Origin: Macrostomum lignano
Taxonomy: Eukaryota
Direction of reading: 5' to 3'
NCBI GenBank assembly: GCA_002269645.1
Contig: NIVC01000731.1
Coordinates: forward strand, 395,048-459,047
Length of the DNA: 64,000 bases
A program made the position numbers and the translations under genes. This document shows positions 1 to 9,501 of the stretch, in pieces. How positions within the stretch are numbered: the stretch's first letter is position 1; each line of letters opens with the position of its first letter. The notes under the pieces are model-generated. The model had not been told where the DNA came from, made no database searches, and was given only the letters and a program-made list of their open reading frames with translations.

Positions 1-771
1 GCTGCTCGAAAAGCGCAGGCGACTGCGGCACAGCTGAGCGGAGTCAGCGGGACACCGGTCCGGCATCACCTGGACTCCGCTACTCGCTTCAGTTTCGTTC
101 TTCACCAGCTCGTACGCCTCCCAGAGGGCCAAGTAGGAGCTGGTGCCGGCCTTCGGTATGAGCAGGGACACCTCTGAGGTGTCGGCGGCCGGCTGCAGCT
201 GAGAGACGAGGCGGGCCGACAGCCGACTCTTGAGTCTGGCCACCAGACTGTTGATGTCGTTCGTTCGACCTGCGGGAATTGAGCGGGCAGTTCTTGTGCG
301 TAGGGAAATCAACAGGTCATGCCAAGCCCCGGCAATACTCACCTGAAATGAATATTGCATTGTCGAGCACGCTCAGGGGCAGCCGGGAGACTGTGACACT
401 GAGCTGGTGAATGGCGGTGCCGATGGTCACCTGGACTAGGTGTGTGCCACCTGGCAGGTCGGCCTTGAACACAATCCTGTTTGGCACGGAGCTCCTGTCA
501 ACATCGAACTTGTCTGGCACCAGCCCGCTGCTCACGCTGTCGATAAGGTCCGAGCCGCTGATTGTCATGTAGGCGAAGCTGTACTTTGTGAAGTCCGCAT
601 CTGAGAAATGATTTAAACAGTTTGATCAGCAATCCATAGCCATGGCGTCTCACCCATGTCCCGCAAGTGCAACTCACCGTCCGGCAGCCGGACTTCAACG
701 CTGGCCGAGTCGCAGAGGCCGCCAGTGGCCAAAGCCAGCAGAATGAGGGCTGCAGAGCTGCACCGAAGCAT
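1..771 (-). CDS. Cadherin-derived EGF/LamG membrane protein, paralog A (5' part; runs off the window at position 1)
   Basis: Phase-consistent GT-AG exons 678-771 (signal peptide MLRCSSAALILLALATGGLCDSASVEVRLPDG), 343-600 (EC-like domain ending LDNAIFISG) and 1-269 (GRTNDINSLVARLKSRL...). Each exon is homologous to the matching exon of paralog B. Confidence 0.85.
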
Positions 772-1539
772 GACCGACCAGCACTGGCTCGGGCTGAAAC
801 TGAGGCGAGTCTCTGGCGCTGCGCTCGTGGCTGCTTTGTGTTTGTTTTGGTGCGCGGCCTCCACCAGTGCGGACTGGCTGGGGTCAGTGGGGGAGTCGGA
901 GGTGGCGGCAGGCACTTTAATCAGCAGGGGGAGAGAAGGGGGCGCATGGAGGCCGGGCCCAGTCCTAATGCCGAGCTCTGTTGCTGATAAGCGCCGGCCT
1001 ATGGCGGGTGAGTCAGGCCTTCCCGGGCCCCGCCCCGCCAGATCGAGCAGCCCGGCAGGCGCAGGACAGGTGCGCATAAAAAGGAATCATTTTTTTCCTA
1101 CTTTATTTCGCCTACTCGCTGCATAATTGCGGCCCAGCCACCCCCGCCGCCGCATTGCAGGCCCAGCGAGTTGTGGGCCGCAGCTTGGGGGGGGGAGTCA
1201 GAAATATTCGAATTGCACACGCAGCTCGAGAGCATTTCTTGGAGCTGCAGGGCGAGACAGAGCAGTCACTGATAAAGTCACCGGGCAGAGCTGAGCCAAG
1301 GAGATAAGGCTGCACAGGGCGCGGCTTCGCACTGCCGCAGTTGCTCACACTGCACCGCTGCCGCATCTATCTGGCAGGGTCCCGGTGTCTCTTGGATGAT
1401 CATATTTGACGCCTATTAATATCTATTATAGCTTTGAGGTTTGAGTATGACCACACTGCTGTCACAGTACACTGGTAATTCTTCAGTTCGAAACAGATTT
1501 TAAACAAGAACTTTGTGGTGGATTCAAGTCAACTAACCT

Positions 1540-2443
1540 GAGGAGAAGAGAGGAGAAGAGAGGAGAGGAGAGGAGAGGAGAGGAGAGGAGAGGAGAGGAG
1601 AGGAGAGAAGAGGAGAGGAGAGGAGAGGAGAGAAGAGGAGAGGAGAGGAGAGTAGAGAAGAAGAGAGGAGAGGAGAGGAGAGGAGAGGAGAGGAGAGGAG
1701 AGGAGAGTAGAGAAGAAGAGGGAGAGGAGAGGAGAGGAGAGTAGAGGAGAGGAGAGGAGAGGAGAGAAGAGGAGAGGAGAGGAGAGTAGAGGAGAGGAGA
1801 GGAGAGGAGAGGAGAGAAGAGGAGAGGAGAGGAGAGGAGAGGAGAGTAGAGGAGAGGAGAGGAGAGGAGAGGAGAGGAGAGTAGAGGAGAGGAGAGGAGA
1901 GGAGAGGAGAGGAGAGGAGAGGAGAGGAGTGGAGAGGAGAGAAGAAGAGAGGAGAGAAGAGGAGAGGAGAGGACAGTAGAGGAGAGGAGAGGAGAGAAGA
2001 GGAGAGGAGAGGAGAGAAGAGGAGAGGAGAGGAGAGAAGAGGAGAGGAGAGGAGAGTAGAGGAGAGGAGAGGAGAGGAGAGGAGTGGAGAGAAGAAGAGA
2101 GGAGAGAAGAGGAGAGGAGAGGAGAGGAGAGGAGAGGAGAAAAGAGGAGAGGAGAGAGAGGAGAGGAGAGGAGAGGAGAGGAGAGGAGAGGAGAGGAGAG
2201 GAGAGGAGAGGAGAGGAGAGGAGAGGAGAGGAGAGGAGAGGAGAGGAGAGGAGAGGAGAGGAGAGGAGAGGAGAGGAGAGGAGAGGAGAGGAGAGGAGAG
2301 GAGAGGAGAGGAGAGGAGAGGAGAGGAGAGGAGAGGAGAGGAGAGGAGAGGAGAGGAGAGGAGAGGAGAGGAGAGGAGAGGAGAGGAGAGGAGAGGAGAG
2401 GAGAGGAGAGGAGAGGAGAGGAGAGGAGAGGAGAGGAGAGGAG
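1540..2443 (+). repeat. (AGAGG)n pentanucleotide microsatellite
   Basis: ~900 bp, nearly perfect in the 3' half, with AGAAG/AGTAG variants in the 5' half. Confidence 0.98.
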
Positions 2444-2535
2444 GGAGAAGATAGCTAAGAAGAGACACTAACAATAAGCGGGCCGAATTGGTATTGTGAA
2501 GTTTCAAAGGACACGTAGAGAGGCTTTGCGGTCCG

Positions 2536-2780
2536 TATGTGGCCGCCCTGGGTTAGAGCGTCGGACTCGCGGCTTGAAGGTCAGGGGTTCGATTCCTGAT
2601 CCCACTGGAACAATTTGTGTCCTTGAGCAAGACACTTGACTCTGCATTGCTTCAGTTCATCCAGCTGTAAATTGGGTGCCATCATTAGCTGAGGTAATTG
2701 AGGGTGTGTGGTGACCCCAGTCCTTGGACTAAACAGCCGTACGCAGCCTTCAGATGTATTCAATTATTATTATTATTATT
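2536..2780 (+). mobile_element. tRNA-derived SINE family 1, copy a (CORE-like body, (TTA)n tail)
   Basis: A-box-like GGTTAGAGCG and B-box GGTTCGATTCC; body TGTGTCCTTGAGCAAGACACTTGAC...CAGCTGTAAATTGGG resembles the CORE-SINE domain; homologous to 6087-6336 and 10946-11251. Confidence 0.85.
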
Positions 2781-3419
2781 ACTTGTATTATAATTTGATC
2801 AACCAAAATTTGCCAGTTATTTCACTGAAGCCCTCAGCACACCTGTGCAGCGATTCGCGTGACTGCGGCCGGCATAAATAAACTGCAGAATTGCAAATCT
2901 CGATCCGCATTGCTTTGCATAAAGCCGGGCCCGCCGAGCTTCCAACTGAGGGCAGTGGCGGTGGCAAATGCCCGCCTGTAACAAAACACCCCGCCATGCT
3001 AATTAACCTGCGCTGTGCTGGCGTATCAGCCTCTCCGCTGTGGGAACCAGAAACTATGTAATTGAAGACTCTCAATCTTGCATTTTCGAGGTGCGAATGT
3101 AGCCATCAGGCTTCAAGAGCTGCTCCAATCAAGATTAATGACTCTAGAAATGGTGAAGTCTAGTGCAAAACTGCTGGCCCACCAGCCAACCAACTGGACT
3201 GCAACGAATTACAAGTATTTCTGCTGTTACAATAACTCGTAAAATTCGTAATTGTTAGTAAAATCTAGTAAAATTTCTACATGCACTGGATTTCTGGTCA
3301 ACTGCGCATTGAAACAGGCAGCTGGAAGAAGCTGGAATTTGGGCGACTTCATTATTTTTACTTCTTTACTTTCATTGCTTTCTACTATGAGTAGTGCAGT
3401 GAGAATTGTTCTGCCGTAT

Positions 3420-3555
3420 GGATAGCTTTATTAGGGACAGGGGCTGGGTGCACTCTGGCGCACATTGTTACACAACCGGCGAGAGGCATTACTGCCCATT
3501 CCGCCGACTCCCCTGAGCAGGCACACAAGCGAGCGGATACGTACGCAGTCAAAGA
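3420..3555 (-). mobile_element. SINE family 2, copy a (3' part only)
   Basis: ACAACCGGCGAGAGGCATTACTGCCCATTCCGCCGACTCCCCTGAGCAGGCACACAAGCG is shared with 23518-23841 and 31825-32140. Confidence 0.8.
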
Positions 3556-4034
<479 letters not shown>

Positions 4035-4684
4035 GGCCTCCCAAAAGCCACTTCAATGTGATTGACAGAAATGAAAAATTTAAATGAGGTGTTGGAAACT
4101 AGAAGGGTGATCGATATGTGAGCTCAATAAGTGACCGATGGGAGATCGGTTGATTCGAAGCCAGCAGAAGCCAGAAATCTAAGAAATGCTTTAACAAACT
4201 GGCAATTTTTGCACCCGGCAGCTCTGCACACTCGCCCGAGCGCCCCACCCAGATCGATCCGCTGCCAGCCCGAACGAGTGAACAGCCTGCAGATTATTTT
4301 CAGCCACTCCCCGGCCCTTCAGTGCCAGCTGGGTTTGCGCCGCCTCGCCTTCCCAGAGACGCAAAGAATCGCGGCAAAGGTTGCGCCAGCCGTCCACTCA
4401 GCCAATTGCACTACGTCGTAGCAGCCAGACCAAATCTGGGGGGGGGGGGTTCTTCCCTCATCCCTCTCGGGTCCGCAGGCCCTTGATCCCTGTGTAAGCA
4501 CGAACTTTTAGTAGGCGCTTTTGTTCGCGGCCCCTAGCGGGGTTTTAGCAGGCGGGCAGAGCGGCTAAAAGGGGATTTCTGCACGAATTTGAGAGTGCAG
4601 ACACCTGGAAGCTCTCCGAGACCGCCGATCTTCGTCTGACTCACTGGGCAGCCACTCTACCAGTGTTTAAAGTTCTCGTGTGTC

Positions 4685-6752
4685 ATGCCGCTGGCGGCTC
4701 TCTGGAGTTGCCGTGGCTCCAAAAAGCGGCAGCGAAAAGAGCAGCAGCAGCAACATGGAGGCAAGGATCCCACTGCCACCTCCCGCGAGGCTGAGGTACC
4801 CGAGGATGTCGACTTGACCGAAGCTCTGGCCGACGAAGAGATCGCCGAGTGCGTGCAGACTTTCAACACATTCGACTACGACAACGACGGACGCATAAGC
4901 ATGAAGGAGCTTGGCAACATCCTGCGCTGCCTTGGATACGGCTGCTCTCGGGCAGAGCTCAAGGTGAACTATCTTGGTATATAGTTGACAATATTCCTAG
5001 AGCCGCTAGGAATACTATGGTAGTCTCTAGGTGAGACAAGTCTAAACTCTACAGAGCCTTACCTGCCGAGCGTTCCTCCAGACCACAGAATTGTCCAGAC
5101 AGAATCCTCCAGACCACAGAATTGTCCAGACAGAATCCTCCAGACCACAGAATTGTCCAGACAGAATCCTCCAGACCACAGAAATGTCCAGACAGAATCC
5201 TCCAGATCACAGAATTATCTAGACAGAATCCTCCAGACCACAGAAATGTCCAGACAGAATCCTCCAGACCACAGAATTGTCCAGACAGAATCCTCCAGAC
5301 CACAGAAATGTCCGGACAGAATCCTCCAGACCACAGAATTGTCCAGACAGAATCCTCCAGACCACAGAATTGTCCAGACAGAATCCTCCAGACCACAGAA
5401 TAGTCCAGACAGAATCCTCCAGACCACAGAATTATCCAGACAGAATCCTCCAGACCACAGAAATGTCCAGACAGAATCCTCCAGACCACAGAATCCTTCA
5501 GACCACAGAATCCTCCAGACCACAGGTCTCCCTGCTGACATTTATTACCATACAATAGTAAAATTGTGTAGCCAATGCTAACGTGTGGATATGCCCCCAC
5601 CTGTCCAATTTATGCTACATATCTGGTCAACTCTAACTTATGTACAGCCAAGTCTTTGTATAGACAAGCGTTCGGCAAACTCTTTTACGTCAAGGGCCAG
5701 ATAGAGAACGTAGCGCACGACTGCGGGGAGGCGAGAGACGAGGGAAGAGAGAAGAGAGATTGGAGAAAGGGAGGCAATGAAATAAAGGAGACGACAGAAG
5801 AAGGAGAGATGAAATAGGAGAAGGAAGACGAGAGAAGAGAGAAAGGAGCTGAGAAGAGAGACAAATCTTAAGCAGGCCGGATTGCTATTGTAAAGCTTAA
5901 AAGAACACGAGGGTCGGATAGAGAGGCTTTGTGGACCGATCCCTGGCATAGAAGAAACCATCCCTTCTCGGCTGGAAAGGCTTGGCATGGCAGAGTGCTG
6001 AAGTTCCAGTGACAGTCTGCGGCCAGCCCTGGTGACCAGGCCAGCTGGAACGGAGTTTTTGCTGTATTCTCATTGTCTGAGTTGCAGGAGATTGTAGCCG
6101 AGTGGTTAGAGCGTCGGACTCATGACTTGAAGGTCGGGGGTTCGATTCCGGATTCCACTGGAACAATTTATGTCCTTGATTAGCTAGGGTATTTGAGGCT
6201 GTGTGTGGCGACCCCCCTGACCATGGACTGAACAGCCGTACGCAGCCTTCAGATGCGCCGCGCAATAGCTGCGGCTGAGCTGTCGGTTGCACATCTGGCC
6301 CAATTCGAGCAGGTGTAATCAGTTATTATTATATTACTGGGTTGCAGAATTCACTGCAGAGGTCTCTGGATGTCTTTAAGTGGTAAGAATTCCCGCAAAA
6401 CTCGAAACTTGGGCCTCAGAGTGCAGCCCTGCTCCCGCAGGAGATGTTCGCCGGCATTGACAAGAACGGAAACGGCTTCATTGACCTGCAGGAGTTCCTC
6501 GGCCTCGTGGGCCTCGGGCAGCTTCGCCACCGGCAGCAGACGGACCGCCAGCTGGCGAAGGCCTTCCGAGTCTTCGACGCCGACCGAGACGGCTTCATTG
6601 GCCCGGCGGAGCTGCGGGCTGCCCTGCGCCGCCTGTTGAAGCCCGCTGAGGTCACCGACCGACTGGTGGACGACATGATTCGCGGCGCTGACCGTGACGG
6701 CGACGGACGCGTCTCCTTTGCCGAGTTCGTCGGCATCGTCAGCCCGCGGTAG
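4685..6752 (+). CDS. Calmodulin-like EF-hand protein, 196 aa, 2 exons
   Basis: Exons 4685-4963 and 6441-6752 joined by a phase-0 GT-AG intron. Four canonical EF loops: DYDNDGRISMKE, DKNGNGFIDLQE, DADRDGFIGPAE, DRDGDGRVSFAE. Confidence 0.92.
5078..5525 (+). repeat. 31-bp minisatellite in the calmodulin-like intron
   Basis: Unit TCCAGACAGAATCCTCCAGACCACAGAATTG, ~14 copies. Confidence 0.95.
6087..6336 (+). mobile_element. SINE family 1, copy b (internal deletion of the CORE-like body)
   Basis: TTGTAGCCGAGTGGTTAGAGCG...GGTTCGATTCC head; 3' half matches the copy at 10946-11251; TTA tail. Confidence 0.85.
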
Positions 6753-7557
6753 CCGGAGCCATTGTGGATCGAGGCCAGCTGAGAGCTGGGGAATGCGGCC
6801 CAGTTTCTTGCCTTCCATCTGAAGAGCCCAATGACTCCACAAGCTGATATTGGTTGCACTCGTAGTTAAAATTTAGCGCTGTTTTTGCTGTACAGTACAG
6901 AATTCTTGGATCGCGTGCGTGCGGATGTCATTGCCCCAGGCTGCTGCGAGAAATTTGCTTAAAAACAAACACTTTTTGTTGTCTCGATGAACTGCTGAGT
7001 TTTTTGCTAAGTTTACTCACTTCTCGCTTGTTGGGACGCAGAAGAAGAAATCTATGCACTGTATCAGTGGGTAAATTCGCCCACTATGCATCAGCCCTAA
7101 CCCAAGACAGATACTCAAGCCTGCTTAGTTTCTCACCGATTGGACATGGAGACATTTTGGGCTCTGTGAAGTCCTCTACTGACTCTACTCAGATGTAGAT
7201 ATGACCTCAGTGTAAAATGCTGGTACTACTTAGGATGCTCCGTCAATCTTCGTCCCCCGCGAGCTCGCAGACAACTCGGTGTACAATTGGCATATGTCTC
7301 GGGGCAGAGAAGTACAACTCAGGCTCAGGCGCAAACAATGAGAGCTTCAAGGCGTCCATATTTCTTGCACTCAGAGCTTCTCAACAGCAGCGAAGGAAGA
7401 GGAGGCGAGGTTCGCTACCGAAACTTGAAAAACTTTGCCTAGATAATTTCTATCTGGGGGACGAAAATGAAACAGTCGGACAGTTGAAGCTGTGTTAGCT
7501 AAAAACTGCTCAAAACGCTGAATTTCTCAAATCGCTCCAAAACTCCAATCATCAAAA

Positions 7558-9045
7558 ATGCGAGCAAGTCAAGCAGTCACCGTCGCTCACATCGCGGTGC
7601 TGCTGACGATGCGCTGCTGCCTGAAGGTCATGGAGTACCAGTTCATCACACTGGCCGCAGCAAGCTCCAATGCCAGCACCGCCACCGAGGGAGTGGCGGA
7701 CTCGGCCTCAGCGCTGTCCTGGATGTACACCTGCCGCTTTTTGCTAGGCGCTCTGGGCGGCCTGCTGGCCTGCTGGATCGGCCACGTGCGCACCCTGCAG
7801 CTGGGCGGCTGCGTCCTGCTGGCATCGGCTGGCGCCATGGCCGGCGCCGTGTACACAGACCAGTGGAGCCCGGACTCTGGCGCCGCGCTGACCGCCTGCG
7901 CCCTCATGCTGGTCTACAACGGCCTGGTGATCCCCAACGTGATGTACGCAGTGCTGAGCAAGCGGACGAGGCCGCAGCGCCGCACGGTGCTCTGCGCGCT
8001 CGTCTACATGTCCTCCGCGGCCGGCCTGTTTGTGGGCATCCAGGTGCAGCACCTGCTGACCAACCCGAGCGTTGGCAAGCACTGCAGCCTCGTCTGGTTG
8101 GCCTTCGCCCTCGCCTTTGCCGCGCTCGCTATCCTGGCGCTGCCGCGGCTCGACGCAGCAGCCGCGATGGCACCGAGCTCCGGGCAGCTCGACACGGCTC
8201 CGCCGCCGCCGTTTTCGAAGCTGCTGTGCGACTGCGGGCACGTCCTGCTGCCGACTTGGAGCCGTCTGAAGCGCAGCTGCATCGTCTTCGGGACGCTGAT
8301 CCCCTTCCTGGTGGGTCTGTGCGATGACCGGTCCTCGGCCTTCAACGCGCAGCGGGCGCTGCAGCCGCTCATCGCCAACTCCAGCGGAGGTAACTCCGGA
8401 AATGACCGATTGAGCGATTCGCTGGATAGCGCGCTGCTGGCAGTCAGCCTGGTGGCCGTCAACGGAGGTCTGGTGGTCGCCGCCTGCTGCCTGCGCGGTC
8501 GCAGACGTCTCCCAGTGCAGCCGCGGCTCCTGGCGGGCATCGTCATGGAGGCGGCCCTGGAGCTGGCGCTGGCGGCAGTCAGTGGCGTTGGGCTGGCCGA
8601 CCCTGTGGCCGTGTCCGCGGTGTACACCGCTTCTACAGTGGTGGACGCGACCGCCGCCGCGCTGACGATGGTGGCCGCCTACGAGCTGATGGACAGCTTT
8701 GAGCGGGACGCCGCAATGCCACTGATTTTCGGCATCATGCTGACTGTGTGGGGTCTCGCGAACCTGGCCAGCCGCTGTATTGTCACGATCTGCCGCCGCT
8801 TGCCGCCCGACAACCCGATCCTGCAGCCGAGCGCCGGCAAGCCGCCTCTGCTGTTCGTCTACCACTCGCTGCTGCTGGCGCTGCTGCTGCTGAGCCTCGC
8901 CTTCTGGCGGCTGTTCGCCCTGCGGCTTGCCCGCTCGCTGCAGGTTATATATGAGGACGAGGGGCCGGAAGCTGCCGCCGGCCCCGTCAACGATGGCGAC
9001 GGGGAGAACCGGCCGCTGCTGAACCCGCCATCAACTGATGGGTGA
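7558..9045 (+). CDS. Intronless multi-pass MFS-like transporter (loosely POT/SLC15-like), 495 aa, copy 1
   Basis: Uninterrupted GC-rich ORF with ~11-12 hydrophobic segments and a C-terminal ENRPLL dileucine motif. The family assignment rests on topology and loose motif resemblance only. Confidence 0.8.
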   Translation: MRASQAVTVAHIAVLLTMRCCLKVMEYQFITLAAASSNASTATEGVADSASALSWMYTCRFLLGALGGLLACWIGHVRTLQLGGCVLLASAGAMAGAVYTDQWSPDSGAALTACALMLVYNGLVIPNVMYAVLSKRTRPQRRTVLCALVYMSSAAGLFVGIQVQHLLTNPSVGKHCSLVWLAFALAFAALAILALPRLDAAAAMAPSSGQLDTAPPPPFSKLLCDCGHVLLPTWSRLKRSCIVFGTLIPFLVGLCDDRSSAFNAQRALQPLIANSSGGNSGNDRLSDSLDSALLAVSLVAVNGGLVVAACCLRGRRRLPVQPRLLAGIVMEAALELALAAVSGVGLADPVAVSAVYTASTVVDATAAALTMVAAYELMDSFERDAAMPLIFGIMLTVWGLANLASRCIVTICRRLPPDNPILQPSAGKPPLLFVYHSLLLALLLLSLAFWRLFALRLARSLQVIYEDEGPEAAAGPVNDGDGENRPLLNPPSTDG

Positions 9046-9501
9046 CGGCGATGGGCTCATAACCCTCTATACGTGTAATAATTGACCATTCGTAGGCTTT
9101 CTCAAGACCTACTTAGGACTTTACGAACTTTAAGAGATATCTTGCTCACATCGAAATCGCGCGCACAGAATTTGCGCAACCTATTTTAACAATTGTTGAA
9201 CTCTCTTCACCGGTTACCCCAGTAGCCACATGGAATCAGTCTGCAAAACTGAGGTCCAGATCGCTCAAAGTCTCAGGTCATGCATTATGCTGGGCCGCTA
9301 CAGTTGATTGATATAATGAATAAGTAAACATATTTTTCGATAAAAAGCTCCACACAGCAATACTTTCGTTTTCATTTAACTTCTGTGAAGATTACCCTAG
9401 CCATTCTAACATAGCGAACCGTAAACACCTTCTGACAATGGTTTATTTAGTCATGAACAACTCCGAAATATGAACTAAATGTAGTCATCAACATGCAGCA
9501 C

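Noticed and set aside
2536-2620. tRNA genes at 2536, 6087 and 10946
   Set aside because: A and B boxes are present, but no 3' acceptor stem forms and the sequences continue into a shared SINE body and tail.
7004-7500. Extra upstream exons for the transporter, or a transposase remnant
   Set aside because: Short ORFs without motifs or convincing splice pairing.
7558-9045. Bacterial origin or contamination for the intronless GC-rich ORFs
   Set aside because: They are interleaved with spliced metazoan genes and SINEs and share their codon style; copy 1 carries a eukaryotic sorting motif.
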